64,000 nucleotides of DNA, taken from assembly GCA_963810285.1 (NCBI GenBank), contig CAWEMV010000002.1, positions 2,205,177 to 2,269,176 on the forward strand, in the 5' to 3' direction. This document shows, one piece after another, positions 52,510 to 64,000 of the stretch. The position numbers and the translations under genes were made by a program. This stretch comes from an uncultured Chloroflexia bacterium (GTDB lineage Bacteria > Chloroflexota > Limnocylindria > Limnocylindrales > CSP1-4). The notes beneath the pieces were generated by a model. That model was not told the DNA's origin and ran no database searches. It was given only the letters and a program-made list of their open reading frames with translations. Within the stretch, counting starts at the first letter, position 1, and each line of letters starts with the position of its first letter.

Positions 52510-53451
52510 GTGGCCATGACCACCATCGTCGGTGTCGAACCGGTCATCCGCGTCCGCGGGCTGACCAAGCGCTACGGCGACGTCCAGGCCGTCGCCGGGA
52601 TCGATTTCGACGTCGCCAAGGGCGAGATCTTCGGCCTGCTCGGCCCGAACGGCGCGGGCAAGACCACGTCCGTCGAGATCCTCGAGGGCCTGCGCACGGC
52701 GGACGGGGGCCAGGTCAGCGTCCTGGGCGTCGACGTGCTGCGCGACCCGGACGCCCTCAAGCCGCGCATCGGCGTGAGCCTCCAGACGGCCGCGATGTAT
52801 CCGAAGCTGACCGTCGCGGAGCTGATCGACCTGTTCCGCAGCTTCTATCCCACCAGCCGGCCGACCGACGAGCTGATCGACGCGTTCGAGCTCGGGGAGC
52901 GGCGCAACGCGCAGAGCCAGGTCCTGTCGGGCGGGCAGCGACAGCGCCTCGGCGTGGCCCTGTCGCTGGTCAACGACCCCGAGTTGATCTTCCTCGACGA
53001 GCCAACCACGGGGTTGGACCCAGCCGCCCGCCGGTCGCTGTGGGATCTCGTCCGCGGCTTCAAGGGCCAGGGCAGGACGGTGCTGCTGACGACGCACTAC
53101 ATGGAGGAGGCCGAGATCCTGTGTGACCGGCTGGCGATCATGGACCACGGGCGCATCCTCGAGATGGGCACGGTCGAGGAGCTCGTCACGCGCCACTTCC
53201 AGGAGCGGGCCGTGCGCTTCGATCGGGTCGACGGCCTCGGCCATGATGAGCTCGCGGCGCTGCCGGCCGTTTCGGCATCGAAAGAGGACTCGCACGAGAC
53301 GCTGGTGTACACGAACGACGTCGCCGCGACGATCGGGGCACTGCTTCCGCTGGCCGACGGTCGCGGCATCGAGCTGCGCAACCTCGGGATCCGCCGGGCG
53401 ACGCTCGAGGACGTGTTCCTCGAGCTGACCGGCCGGGCGCTGCGGGACTAG
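52510..53451 (+). CDS. ABC transporter ATP-binding protein (DrrA/ABC-2 exporter type)
   Basis: Walker A GPNGAGKTT, signature LSGGQRQRL and Walker B IFLDEPTTGLD are present. Confidence 0.92.
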   Translation: MAMTTIVGVEPVIRVRGLTKRYGDVQAVAGIDFDVAKGEIFGLLGPNGAGKTTSVEILEGLRTADGGQVSVLGVDVLRDPDALKPRIGVSLQTAAMYPKLTVAELIDLFRSFYPTSRPTDELIDAFELGERRNAQSQVLSGGQRQRLGVALSLVNDPELIFLDEPTTGLDPAARRSLWDLVRGFKGQGRTVLLTTHYMEEAEILCDRLAIMDHGRILEMGTVEELVTRHFQERAVRFDRVDGLGHDELAALPAVSASKEDSHETLVYTNDVAATIGALLPLADGRGIELRNLGIRRATLEDVFLELTGRALRD

Positions 53452-53460
53452 GGCGGACGG

Positions 53461-54555
53461 ATGCGAGCCCTGCGGGCGCTGACCCTCGCCAACATGCGCA
53501 GCTTCGTGCGCGACCGAGCGGCGCTGTTCTGGACGCTCGCCTTCCCGCTCATCTTCATCCTCCTGTTCGGCTTCATCTTCCAGGGTGGCGGCGACAGCCG
53601 ATTGACCCTGGGCTGGGTCGACGAGGACCGTTCATCGGAGGCGACGGCGCTGCGTGAGGCGTTCGACACGCAGGAGGGCACCGAGCTCGTCCAGGCCGAC
53701 AAGGACGACGTCCTCCAGCAGATGCGACAGGGGGAGGTCGACGCGGTGATCGTCGTGCCGGCCGGCTACGGCGCAGCGGTCGCCGCCCGGGCCGACGGGT
53801 CACCCGGCCCGCCGACTCCGATCGTCGTCACGACCGATCCGTCGCGCGGGGAACTCGTGGCCTCGGTCTACCAGTCGGTCCAGGCGGTGCTGGGCGTCGT
53901 CAACCTCGGCGGGCGGCCGCCGCTGGTGGTGCCCCAGCCGGCGACGCTCCAGACCGAGAATCTCAACTTCATCAGCTATTTCGTGCCGAGCGTGCTCGGC
54001 ATGTCGATCATGCAGATCGGCATCTTCGCAGCGATCCCGCTGGTGGCCGACCGCGAGAAGCTCATCCTCAAGCGCCTGGCGGCCACGCCACTGCGGCGCT
54101 GGCAGCTGGTCGGGTCGAACGTGCTGATGCGCGTCGTCATCGCCCTCGTCCAGGCGGTGATCATCGTGGGGGTCGGGGCGCTGCTGTTCGGCGTGCAGGT
54201 CAGCAGTTCGGGCGGTCTGGCCCTCCTCTTCGTGCTCCTGGGTGCGGTGTCGTTCCTGTCGCTGGGCTACGTACTGGCCTCGTTCACCAAGACCGAGGAA
54301 GCCGCCAATGGGCTGACCAGCGTCATCCAGTTCCCGATGATGTTCCTCTCCGGCATCTTCTTCCCGATCCAGGCCATGCCCGACTTCCTGCAGGCCATCG
54401 CCCGACTGATCCCGCTGACGTACCTGGCCGACGCGCTCCGCCAGCTGATGGTCGGTGGCGCGGCATTCGCACCGCTGTGGGTCTGCGCCGCTGTGCTGTT
54501 GGGCTGGCTCGTGGTCTGCTTCGGGATCGCCGCCCGGAAGTTCCGCTGGACCTAG
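53461..54555 (+). CDS. ABC-2 type transporter permease
   Basis: Six TM segments and a large first extracytoplasmic loop. 'ADREKLILKRLAATPL' is the ABC-2 signature region. Confidence 0.88.
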   Translation: MRALRALTLANMRSFVRDRAALFWTLAFPLIFILLFGFIFQGGGDSRLTLGWVDEDRSSEATALREAFDTQEGTELVQADKDDVLQQMRQGEVDAVIVVPAGYGAAVAARADGSPGPPTPIVVTTDPSRGELVASVYQSVQAVLGVVNLGGRPPLVVPQPATLQTENLNFISYFVPSVLGMSIMQIGIFAAIPLVADREKLILKRLAATPLRRWQLVGSNVLMRVVIALVQAVIIVGVGALLFGVQVSSSGGLALLFVLLGAVSFLSLGYVLASFTKTEEAANGLTSVIQFPMMFLSGIFFPIQAMPDFLQAIARLIPLTYLADALRQLMVGGAAFAPLWVCAAVLLGWLVVCFGIAARKFRWT

Positions 54556-54573
54556 CGGCGGGCGCGCCCCGGG

Positions 54574-55122
54574 CTACTCGCGCCAGCGTTCCTCGTGGAC
54601 CAGGTCGTCCAGCGGGCGCCGGCCGCCGGCCGCCAGCGGCCGGGTGAGGTCGGCCGGGTCCGCCGGGTAGCCGAACGACAGCAGGAACTCGCAGTGGTGG
54701 TCCTCGGGGTAGCCCAGGAGTCGGCGAGCCAGGTCGTGTTCGTACACGGTCGCCGGCACGCTCCCGATCCCGAGCTCCCACGCCGCGAGGATCATCGAGT
54801 CCGCCGCCATCCCAAGGTCGAACATCACCGACAGGGGCGAGTCGGTGCGGGTCGGATCGGGCGTCACCAGGGCGATCCCGACCGCGGCTCCCGCAAGGTG
54901 CCCCGCCCATGGTCCGACCGCGGCCAGCTCGCCCAGGTGGGCTCGGTCGCGGCAGACGATGAACGCCCAGCGCTGCTGGTTCTTGGAGCTGTTGGCGCGA
55001 CGCCCGGCGTTGAGGATCCGCTCGACATGGGCGTCATCCAGCGGCCGGTCGGCGAACCGGCGGACGGCTCGGCGCGACGAGATCGCATCCCAGACGGATC
55101 CGCGCTCAGGCATCAGCCCCAT
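54574..55122 (-). CDS. nitroreductase family protein
   Basis: 'AISSRRAVRRFADRPL', 'RANSSKNQQRWAFIV' and 'MAADSMILAAWELGIGS' are present. The start codon shares 1 nt with the upstream stop. Confidence 0.85.
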   Translation of the reverse strand: MGLMPERGSVWDAISSRRAVRRFADRPLDDAHVERILNAGRRANSSKNQQRWAFIVCRDRAHLGELAAVGPWAGHLAGAAVGIALVTPDPTRTDSPLSVMFDLGMAADSMILAAWELGIGSVPATVYEHDLARRLLGYPEDHHCEFLLSFGYPADPADLTRPLAAGGRRPLDDLVHEERWRE

Positions 55123-56276
55123 CAGCCCAGACCCGGCTCGTCGGCGCCCGCCAGCGACTCCCGTGCGGGGACCCGCGTCGCGCCGGGCAACGCGACCTGC
55201 ATCAGGGCCCGCAGGCCGCTCGGATTGGCGTCGACTGCCGAGAAGCGGTCCTCCAGCGCCGGCACCCTGACGGCGGGAGTCGCGGCCGCGACCGCCGCGG
55301 CATCATCGGGCGCCAGCGGCCCCCCGAGCGACGCGGCAAGGAAGCGGGCGACCTCGGCGCGGTAGCCCTGATCCTCGTACAGCCACGAGTGGCGACCGTC
55401 CGACACGATCAGGGTCTCGACCGGTCGGGCGTCGGTGTCGTCGGCCCGCGCGCGACGCGCGGCGGCGGCAAGGCGCGTCATGTGGCTGGTCGGCACGACG
55501 TCGTCGGTGTCGCCGTGGGCGAGGAGGATCGGTCCGTGGTAGTCGCCGATGGCGGTCGTGGCGCTGACCTCGCTGACGATGTGGCCGCGCGGCCGCAGGT
55601 AGACCCGCGTGGTCAGCCACGCGAGCGGATACGCGATCGGGTCGGGGATGGGCAGGCGGGCGAGTCGGAACGTCTGGCGCGTAAGCCGGTATGGATCGGC
55701 CGGCGTCGAGGTCGCGACGACCGCCGCGACGCGCTCGTCGGCCGCGCCCGCCAGGATCGCGCCGATCGCCCCCATCGAGTGGCCGACCACGGCGCCGCTG
55801 GTCACCTCGGGCCGCCGCAGCAACGCGCGGAACGCGGCGAGGGCATCGAACCCGAATTCGCCGGCGCTCACGGGCAGCGTCTCGGGCGGGTTCTCGCCGT
55901 GGCCGCGCACGTCGATCGTCAGGACGTGGTAGCCAGCCGCGTGCAGGAAGACCGCGTTGGGGAGCGTCCGGTCCCGGGCCGATTCCCAGCCGTGGACGAG
56001 GACGATCCCAGGACCGGGCGCGCCGTCCCGCGCCGGGATGAACCAGGCCGGCAGGTCGAGATCCCCCGAGCGGACGAGCAGCGACTCGAACGGCAGACCC
56101 ACGTCTGACGGCGTGATCGTCGGCGGGAACTGGCGGGGGTAGCCGGCGCGGGCGCGATAGGCGAGCGCGAACCGGTACGCCAGCCCGACCTGCGCGGCGG
56201 CGATCGCGGCGGCCACACCGGCTCGAGTCGCGGTTCCCACCGTCCTAGGGGACGGCACGATCGGTCGCCCTGTCAA
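55122..56276 (-). CDS. alpha/beta hydrolase (S9/dienelactone-hydrolase-like) with an N-terminal membrane anchor
   Basis: 'IVLVHGWESARD', the nucleophile elbow 'VVGHSMGAIGA' and 'LLAHGDTDDVVP' are present. Confidence 0.8.
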   Translation of the reverse strand: MTGRPIVPSPRTVGTATRAGVAAAIAAAQVGLAYRFALAYRARAGYPRQFPPTITPSDVGLPFESLLVRSGDLDLPAWFIPARDGAPGPGIVLVHGWESARDRTLPNAVFLHAAGYHVLTIDVRGHGENPPETLPVSAGEFGFDALAAFRALLRRPEVTSGAVVGHSMGAIGAILAGAADERVAAVVATSTPADPYRLTRQTFRLARLPIPDPIAYPLAWLTTRVYLRPRGHIVSEVSATTAIGDYHGPILLAHGDTDDVVPTSHMTRLAAAARRARADDTDARPVETLIVSDGRHSWLYEDQGYRAEVARFLAASLGGPLAPDDAAAVAAATPAVRVPALEDRFSAVDANPSGLRALMQVALPGATRVPARESLAGADEPGLG

Positions 56277-56314
56277 GCGTCGACGGCGCGGGGGCCGCGG
56301 CTACACTGCGACGC

Positions 56315-57052
56315 GTGGCGAAACGCGATCCGCATGACGTGCTCGGCGTCGCGCGCGGCGCCGACCCGTCCCGCATCAAGGCCGCCTGGCGGCGGCTGGC
56401 GCGTGCCCACCATCCAGATCTGACCGGTGATGACCCGGAGGCGTCCCGGATCGCGACGCGGCAGATGGCGGAGATCAACGACGCGTACGCCGCGCTCACC
56501 CGGGAGGTGGAACATGACCGGCTGGGCGACGCCACGCCGGCCGACATGGGCGCCGGCGGCACGCGCCACCGCGGCGGCCCACCCCGACCGAAGCCGAGCC
56601 GACCGGTCACCGGCCACGTCGACACGACCGCGACGTTCCGGCCGCGCAACCAGACCTCGTCGCGCCATCCCGGCGGCGAGTACGACGAGGCACGCTCGCA
56701 CCGGGTCCGGGACCAGCCGCCACTCCGCGGTGAACGGGTGCGGGGGGAGGCTCCCCGCGCGTCGACGCCGACAGGACCGCTCGAGCGCGGCCGGCTGCGC
56801 AACTTCCGGCGGCCGAAGCCGCCGCGGCTCGACCGCGCGCGCGAGCACGTCATGGAGTTCGGCAAGTTCCACGGCCACACGCTGGGCCAGATCGCGGCGT
56901 TCGAGCCGTCCTACATCGACTGGGTGGCGGCCACCGTGACGCGCGACCCGGACCTGGTCGCCGCGGCGCGCGTGGTCCAGTCCGATCTCGATGCGAGGGG
57001 TGTCCCGCGACGGTCGCACGCGGGTCCGGCCAGAGCGTCGCGCTCGGCCTGA
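56315..57052 (+). CDS. J-domain (DnaJ-like) protein
   Basis: The J-domain is 'DPHDVLGVARGADPSRIKAAWRRLARAHHPDL...EINDAYAAL'. The middle is disordered. The conserved C-terminal 'FGKFHGHTLGQIAAFEPSYIDWV' is DUF3820-like. It has a GTG start. Confidence 0.8.
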   Translation: MAKRDPHDVLGVARGADPSRIKAAWRRLARAHHPDLTGDDPEASRIATRQMAEINDAYAALTREVEHDRLGDATPADMGAGGTRHRGGPPRPKPSRPVTGHVDTTATFRPRNQTSSRHPGGEYDEARSHRVRDQPPLRGERVRGEAPRASTPTGPLERGRLRNFRRPKPPRLDRAREHVMEFGKFHGHTLGQIAAFEPSYIDWVAATVTRDPDLVAAARVVQSDLDARGVPRRSHAGPARASRSA

Positions 57053-57068
57053 GCGGCCCGGACACGAT

Positions 57069-57097
57069 GATCGCCCTCCGATATCCGGAGGGCGATC
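57069..57097 (+). terminator. strong hairpin after the J-domain gene
   Basis: GATCGCCCTCCG-atatc-CGGAGGGCGATC, a perfect 12-bp stem 17 nt after the stop. Confidence 0.55.
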
Positions 57098-57347
57098 GGA
57101 GCGATGAAGTCGCGCCGTTCGATCAGTGCTGCCGTCCCAACGAGTTACGGGCCTGATGGCCGAAAGATCCGTTACTCGGCTCGTGATCGGAGACCGGGAT
57201 CCCTCCCTCGAACCTCCTCGAGGTGAGCGTCCGTTCCCCGTTCCGTGACCGACGCCCCAGGTGCTGGTCCCGGTTCGATCGCGGGTCGGCTTGTGATGAA
57301 CCGTACGCCCCGCCCTGACGGCGGAGCAATGGCGGTTTGGTCCCGCA

Positions 57348-58058
57348 ATGGCGGGCTCGATGGTCGGGCGCGTGCGCGCACCATCCATGGGACGGGGGTA
57401 CCAGGTGTTCGGGCGCACCACGGCCCCTCGCCGCTACCCTTCACGGGTGATCCTCCGACCGCTTCGTCGCCCGGGCGGCGCGTTTGCGGCCGCCCTCGTC
57501 GCGCTCGTCGCGTTGCTCGCGGCCTGCGCGAACGAGCCGCCCCCGTCGTTCGACCCGACCGGCTCCTGCGGCGACACCGGCAGCACCGAGGGCCGCTCCG
57601 CCGGGGCGTACCCGGATCTCGAGACGCGCGTCCCGACGACGTACGAGGGCCGCGGCCCGGACCAGCTCGATTCCGGCCGTCACTGCAGCGCGGCCAACCT
57701 CGGGACACTGGCCGCGGCCGGCGTCGAGGAGGTTCGCTTCGCCGGTGGCGCGTGGGATTTCGGGGGCAACCGGGCGGCCGCGCTCGTCGTCTTCGAGGGG
57801 CGCGGCCTGACGGCCGACCAGATCGCCGAGTTTTACGAGGCGAGCGCCCGGTCCGCGAACCGGACCCAGGTCACCGGCGAGTCGACGCCGACGCTGGCCG
57901 GGCGCGCCGGTCATCGCCTCGACACGATGACCGGCGACCGCACCCAGACCGTCGTCACGTGGCCGGCCGCGGACCCGGGCGTGGTCAACGTCGTGATCAC
58001 CAACGACCTGCCCGACCCCAAGATCGACGCCGCCGTCGCGGCCTTCGGGGAACGCTGA
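57348..58058 (+). CDS. lipoprotein, function unknown
   Basis: Lipobox '[14 protein letters not shown]'. The real start is probably internal (the GTG at 57447 gives a 27-aa signal peptide; 57387 is also possible). Confidence 0.65.
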   Translation: MAGSMVGRVRAPSMGRGYQVFGRTTAPRRYPSRVILRPLRRPGGAFAAALVALVALLAACANEPPPSFDPTGSCGDTGSTEGRSAGAYPDLETRVPTTYEGRGPDQLDSGRHCSAANLGTLAAAGVEEVRFAGGAWDFGGNRAAALVVFEGRGLTADQIAEFYEASARSANRTQVTGESTPTLAGRAGHRLDTMTGDRTQTVVTWPAADPGVVNVVITNDLPDPKIDAAVAAFGER

Positions 58059-58089
58059 CCTCGGCGCCCTCGGTGCTAGAGTCGCGGCC

Positions 58090-59766
<1,677 letters not shown>

Positions 59767-59789
59767 CGGGCTCGCGGCAGGCGTCGGTC

Positions 59790-60275
59790 TCAGCGGTGCG
59801 TCCGCGCGGCCGCACCGATGGTCACCCGTCTGACGACCGAGGGGCTGGTCGGGCGGGCCGGGACGCTGACCCGCAGCTCGGCAGTCGTCCGCCCGCTCTG
59901 TGCCGGGAGCTCGAGGATGCCGGCGAACCGCGACGAGTGCACATCGAGATCGACCTGATCGATCAGGCGACCGTCCACGAGCAGCTCGACGCGGACGGAT
60001 CCGACGCGAGGTCCGTGGGGCCGCCCGAAGGCCATGCCGGCCACCGGGATGGTCGACGAGGCGAGGTAGTCGCGGTCGTCCGGCATCACGACCACGAGCG
60101 ACTTGCGTGCCGGGGCGTGGATGGGTCGCGCCGTTGCCGTGGCAGCGGCGATCCGTGCCGGCGCCGGCGCGGTCGCGACCGGCGATTGGGCCGGCGCCGC
60201 CAGGGCAGCGGTACCGCCGACGGCCGCGCCGACGACCGTTCCCACCAGGAACGTGGTGATCCGCTTCGTGTCCAT
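59790..60275 (-). CDS. secreted hypothetical protein
   Basis: N-terminal anchor 'ITTFLVGTVVGAAVGGTAALAAPA' and an ordered C-terminal half ('VRVELLVDGRLIDQVDLDVHSSRFAGILELP'). It lies 63 nt downstream of the LuxR-type regulator on the same strand. Confidence 0.55.
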   Translation of the reverse strand: MDTKRITTFLVGTVVGAAVGGTAALAAPAQSPVATAPAPARIAAATATARPIHAPARKSLVVVMPDDRDYLASSTIPVAGMAFGRPHGPRVGSVRVELLVDGRLIDQVDLDVHSSRFAGILELPAQSGRTTAELRVSVPARPTSPSVVRRVTIGAAARTHR

Positions 60276-60338
60276 CGTCCTCTCCTTGCCCGTGCATCGA
60301 ACCGATGCAGGACACGGTCGTGCGACGAGGTCAGCGGT

Positions 60339-63164
60339 TCATGGGGGAGGTGCCCCATTCGTGTCGGCTGCGGGGAGATCCGTCCGCCCGACGCGCGCGG
60401 CCAGCTCGGCCCGTGAATGGAGCCCCAGCTTGGCGAGGGCATTCGACACGTGATGCTCGACGGTCTTGCGGGACAGGAATAGCCGCGTGGCGATCTCGGG
60501 ATTGGTCGCGCCCGATGCGACGAGCTCGGCGACCTCGAGCTCGCGCGCGGATAGGCGCGCAAGGCCGGCCGCCTGCGATGCGGTGGGACCACGCCGCCAC
60601 GGTCGCTCACCGAGGGCGCGCAGGCCCTGGTCGGCCAGCCGCCGGATGGTCCGAGCTCCGGCGGTGTCGGCCCGGTCCGCCGCCCGCCGGTAGGCGGCAG
60701 CCGCCATCACGCGATCCCGCGCCGCGAGGCTGCGCCCGAGATCCAGCTCTGTCCACAACGCGTTGAACCCGAGGCCCACGCCGTCGGCTTCGTCGCGAAG
60801 ACCGGCCAGCGCCGTCTCGACGTCGTCGCTCGATCCCGTGGCGATCGACAGGAGGGTCCCGGCCCGCCGGCGAAGCCATTCGGCCTCGACGTACGAGCGA
60901 CGTCGGGCGGCATCCCAGTTCGCCATCGCCTCGACCGCCTCCGCGCCGCGACCGAACCGTGCGAAGACCTCCGCGGCTGCCACCTCGGCGTCACGACTGC
61001 ACCCCGGGCAGCCCGCGAGGGCGCCCAGCGCCCGCGCTTCGGCGATCTGGACGAGCGCATCGTCCTCGCCGACGCCGATCCTGGCCAGCCACAGCGCGGC
61101 GAGCTCGTGATGGATCATCCGATAGTGCGGGTCGGGCTCGTCGTCGGCCGCGGCGAGGATCGCCGTGATCGCCTCGCGCCAGTCGCCCATCGCCATGGTC
61201 AACTGGTATTTCACGAGCCGGGATCGATCGCGGACGCGACCCTGGTCACCCGTCCGATCCGCGAGTCGCTCGCTCTCCGACGCGATGCGACCTGCCTCCT
61301 CGAGGTGGAGCCCGTCGAACAGGACCGCGGCGAGCCGAAAACCGGTGTCGACCGTCTCCATCGGGAGCACCGCACGCCAGGCGGCGTCCCAGACGCCGCG
61401 GTACATGTCGGCGGCCTCCTCCTGGTGTGCGCCGTACTCGAGTGCCATCCCGACCATCGCTCTCGCGTTCAAAACCTCTCGGAGCCCCATCCCCCTGGAC
61501 GCCTCGAGCGACTCGTCGGCGAGGCCGAGGACTGCCTCGACGTCCTCGGCCTGGATGGCCGCCTCCCACGCGGCGGCCAGGGCATCGACGTAGGCCGCCC
61601 GGATCTGGGCCGACCGGGCCTCGTCGACGGTCGGATCGCCGATCGCGCGCCGACCGCGCTCGACGCCGCGCATGGCGATCGCCCGGCCGGCGTCCGCACG
61701 GTGTTCTAGCCACAGGAGGATCCGCGCCTCGAGCGCATCAGCGGCGATCTCGAGCTCCGGTGACGGCTCAGCGACGGTCCGGCTACGGTCGATGTGATCG
61801 CGCGCCTCCTCGCCGCGTCCCAGGTGGTAGGCCGCGGTCGCGGCGCCGGACTCCGCGAGCGCCATCACGGGCCGATCGGGCGTCGTCGTCGCGACCGCGG
61901 ACCAGAGCTCGAGCGCGAGTGCCGGGTCGCCCAGCTCGGCCGCGAGGGTGGCGGCCGCCTCGTCGACACGGATTCCGGCCGCCGGGTCATCGATCCCACG
62001 CGCCAGCGTCGCGATCCTCCCGACGCCATCGGACCCGATGAGCCTGCGCTGTGGCGACGTCAGGATGCGCACCGCCAGGTCGGCGTCGAACCGGCCGGCG
62101 GCCGTTCGGTGTTCGAGGGCCGACAGCATGGCCGGGACCTCACCCGCTGACTGTTCCTCGAGTGTCCGCGCGATGCGCGCGTGGAGCCGCCGCCGGGTCG
62201 CATCCGGGATGAGGCCGGTGGCGACGGCACGGATCAGGTCATGCGCGAGCCCGATGACACCGCCCGAATCGACAGCGAGCCCGCGTCGCACCAGCTGGGC
62301 CGCTGCCTCGGCTGCCCGGGCCGGATCCCATCCGAGCACGCTCTCGAGCTCCACCGCGTCGATCGGGCGTCCGACGATCGCGAGGATCCGGAGCAGCGCG
62401 TCGGCATCGGGCCCTAGCGCGCCGATCCGACGCGACACGACCGCCTCCAGCTCGCGCTCGTCCCCGTGCGCCCCGACCAGCAGGTCCAGCCAGAACGGCG
62501 ATCCGCCGGCCCGCTCCCACAGTGCGACCGCGTCGTCGGCCCCGATCCCATCGCTCCGGCTGTTGACGAGCCGGACGCCGTCGTCGCGGTCGAGCGGCCC
62601 CAGATGGATGGTCGACGGCGGGGAGCCATCGTCGACCGCCGCCCCGAGCGACGCCGCAAGCCGCTCGACCGCCGGGGACGGACGGGATGCCACGACGAGC
62701 GCGAAGCCGCGGGCGGACCCGGCGGCGGCCCGTGCGATGAAGTGGCACAGGGCATTCGACAACGGATCCACCCACTGGAGGTCGTCGACGAACAGAGCCG
62801 CGTGCCGCTGTCGTACCAGTTGGCGGTGGACGGATTCGAAGATGCGGATCGCGTCGAGCCCGCCGACATCGGCGTCGGGGTCGAGCAGGCCCAGGAGCGT
62901 GCGGTCCTCGCTCCCCGCGGCCAGCTTGCGGAGCAGTGGCGACGCGGCCGCGAGCGGGACGCTCGACTCGGGTTCGTAGCCGGCGAACCGGAGGACGCGC
63001 CCCGCCGTCGATCGTCGTTCCGCTTCGTCGAGCAGTCGGGACTTCCCGATCCCTGGCTCGCCGACCAGCAGCAGCGCGGCGACTCGGCGCTCGCGTCGGG
63101 TCTCGGCGAGCACGACCTCGATCGCCGCCAGCTCGTCCTCCCGTCCGACGAACTCCTCGCCCAC
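60339..63164 (-). CDS. large ATP-binding LuxR-family regulator (LAL/MalT-like)
   Basis: The N-terminal P-loop is '[15 protein letters not shown]...[15 protein letters not shown]'. A long helical/TPR-like middle follows. The C-terminal LuxR HTH is '[44 protein letters not shown]'. It has a GTG start. Confidence 0.9.
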   Translation of the reverse strand: MGEEFVGREDELAAIEVVLAETRRERRVAALLLVGEPGIGKSRLLDEAERRSTAGRVLRFAGYEPESSVPLAAASPLLRKLAAGSEDRTLLGLLDPDADVGGLDAIRIFESVHRQLVRQRHAALFVDDLQWVDPLSNALCHFIARAAAGSARGFALVVASRPSPAVERLAASLGAAVDDGSPPSTIHLGPLDRDDGVRLVNSRSDGIGADDAVALWERAGGSPFWLDLLVGAHGDERELEAVVSRRIGALGPDADALLRILAIVGRPIDAVELESVLGWDPARAAEAAAQLVRRGLAVDSGGVIGLAHDLIRAVATGLIPDATRRRLHARIARTLEEQSAGEVPAMLSALEHRTAAGRFDADLAVRILTSPQRRLIGSDGVGRIATLARGIDDPAAGIRVDEAAATLAAELGDPALALELWSAVATTTPDRPVMALAESGAATAAYHLGRGEEARDHIDRSRTVAEPSPELEIAADALEARILLWLEHRADAGRAIAMRGVERGRRAIGDPTVDEARSAQIRAAYVDALAAAWEAAIQAEDVEAVLGLADESLEASRGMGLREVLNARAMVGMALEYGAHQEEAADMYRGVWDAAWRAVLPMETVDTGFRLAAVLFDGLHLEEAGRIASESERLADRTGDQGRVRDRSRLVKYQLTMAMGDWREAITAILAAADDEPDPHYRMIHHELAALWLARIGVGEDDALVQIAEARALGALAGCPGCSRDAEVAAAEVFARFGRGAEAVEAMANWDAARRRSYVEAEWLRRRAGTLLSIATGSSDDVETALAGLRDEADGVGLGFNALWTELDLGRSLAARDRVMAAAAYRRAADRADTAGARTIRRLADQGLRALGERPWRRGPTASQAAGLARLSARELEVAELVASGATNPEIATRLFLSRKTVEHHVSNALAKLGLHSRAELAARVGRTDLPAADTNGAPPP

Positions 63165-63216
63165 GCGTGCAGGCTACGCCTCACCCGCAAACCCGCCCGC
63201 GCATACCATCGGGCGG

Positions 63217-64000
63217 ATGACGAGGCCCAGGTCTTCGTTCGATCCGAGCGACGCTTCGATGCTCGTCGAGCGGCTCGCGGAGATCGAGCCACGGGCGGCG
63301 GCCGACCGCGCGGCGATCCGCGTGGTGCGTGCCCCCGGTCGGGTGAATCTCATCGGCGAGCACACCGACTACAACGAGGGCTACGTGCTCCCGATCGCGA
63401 TCGACCGGGCGATCACGATCGCGCTGCTCCCGACCGACGATCGCCGCGTGACGGTCACCCTCGCCGACGACGGCGAGACCGCGACCTTCGACCTCGATGC
63501 CATCGGGTCGCGGCGGGGCCACTGGATCGACTACGTCGCCGGGACCGCGTGGGCGATGGCCGACGCGGACCTCCCGGTCAGCGGCTTCCGGGGCCTGCTC
63601 GTGTCCGACCTGCCGAGGGACGCCGGCCTGTCGAGCTCGGCCGCCCTCGAGCTTGCCTCCGCGCTCGCGCTGTCGGGCGGCGGCGAGCCGCCCACCGACC
63701 GCCTGACGCTGGCCCGCATCGCCCAGCGGGGCGAGAACGACCACGTCGGGGTGCGGTGCGGGCTGATGGACCAGTTCGCGGCAGCTCTCGGGGGTGACGG
63801 GGCGGCGATGTTGCTGGACTGTCGATCACTCGACTTCCGATACCTGCCGCTGCCGCTCCATGAGACCGCACTGGTCGTCATCCACTCGGGTTCGCGGCGG
63901 CGGCTCGATCATTCCGCGTACAACCAACGCCGGGAGCAGTGCGATGCAGCCGTCGCGATCCTCGCCGGGCGACATCCGGAGGTTCGGAGCCTGCGCGACG
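63217..64000 (+). CDS. galK: galactokinase, 5' part (runs off the right edge)
   Basis: It is not in the ORF track because there is no stop inside the window. The ATG at 63217 gives MTRPRSSFDPSDASMLVERL...VVRAPGRVNLIGEHTDYNEGYVLPIAID... and later 'LPRDAGLSSSAALELA'. These are the GalK signature and the GHMP motif II. Confidence 0.88.
   Translation, partial: MTRPRSSFDPSDASMLVERLAEIEPRAAADRAAIRVVRAPGRVNLIGEHTDYNEGYVLPIAIDRAITIALLPTDDRRVTVTLADDGETATFDLDAIGSRRGHWIDYVAGTAWAMADADLPVSGFRGLLVSDLPRDAGLSSSAALELASALALSGGGEPPTDRLTLARIAQRGENDHVGVRCGLMDQFAAALGGDGAAMLLDCRSLDFRYLPLPLHETALVVIHSGSRRRLDHSAYNQRREQCDAAVAILAGRHPEVRSLRD

Noticed and set aside
57260-57400. Possible cobalamin riboswitch (GGTGC...GCCCCGCC...GCACC) or ZTP/pfl-like motif (GGGTCG...CCGCCCTG) upstream of the mutase operon.
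   Set aside because: I could not find the conserved GGGAA element and B12 box (AGYCMGG.GACC) of cobalamin riboswitches. The ZTP core (GGGUCGUGACUGGCG / CCGCCUGGGC) matches only in fragments. I kept it as an unexplained leader, not as a named riboswitch.

Overview
This is a very GC-rich (by eye, not computed) bacterial chromosomal segment. The gene style fits Actinomycetota- or Chloroflexota-like genomes: many GTG starts, 4-nt ATGA/GTGA start-stop overlaps, GGAGG-type ribosome-binding sites (RBS) and two ECF sigma factors. I can support about 58 protein-coding genes plus tRNA-Glu(CTC) and tRNA-Arg(TCT). Most of the long ORFs in the six-frame track are alternate-frame artefacts (Arg/Pro/Ala/Gly-rich translations) and are not reported. 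I saw no CRISPR array, transposase, integrase, rRNA or obvious prophage.

Gene content from left to right:
- a MoxR-adjacent module: GldG/DUF4350-like protein, ABC ATPase, ABC-2 permease and a coiled-coil membrane protein with a (GQ)31 tract
- DUF1015 and an alpha/beta-hydrolase-fold protein
- an alginate-lyase-like secreted protein
- tRNA-Glu
- an ECF sigma module with a PD40 beta-propeller partner, a BNR/Asp-box protein and a secreted protein
- a decayed amidohydrolase, a nitrilase and a SAM methyltransferase
- a DUF1611 / dipeptide-epimerase pair
- a TPM / PspA / small-protein module next to a solitary DNA methyltransferase
- a metallophosphoesterase, then tRNA-Arg
- a DUF5666-repeat protein, a GT2 glycosyltransferase and an APC permease
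- a KdpD-C-half-type kinase with an OmpR-type regulator, and a BldC/excisionase-like HTH protein
- a large S8 subtilase and a PH-SHOCT protein
- an aminotransferase, an acyl-CoA dehydrogenase and a GMC oxidoreductase
- an EamA transporter
- a second ECF sigma, translationally coupled to an MGMT protein with a C-terminal Ada-type Zn(Cys4) domain
- methyltransferase, cupredoxin, GNAT / VOC-like / GNAT / DUF4032 genes and an ABC-2 exporter
- nitroreductase, hydrolase, J-domain protein and lipoprotein
- a B12-domain-less acyl-CoA mutase large subunit, a LuxR-type LAL regulator and the start of galK

The most interesting points are these:
- the ECF sigma / MGMT-Ada(Zn) pair
- a 33-nt promoter-like element shared by the other ECF sigma gene and a neighbouring gene
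- the (GQ)31 coding microsatellite
- a cluster of GATCGC-N5-GCGATC palindromes between convergent genes
- four otherwise well-formed long genes that each need a single-base frame correction. This could be assembly indels or real gene decay.

All functional calls rest on motif recognition by eye. No database search was run.
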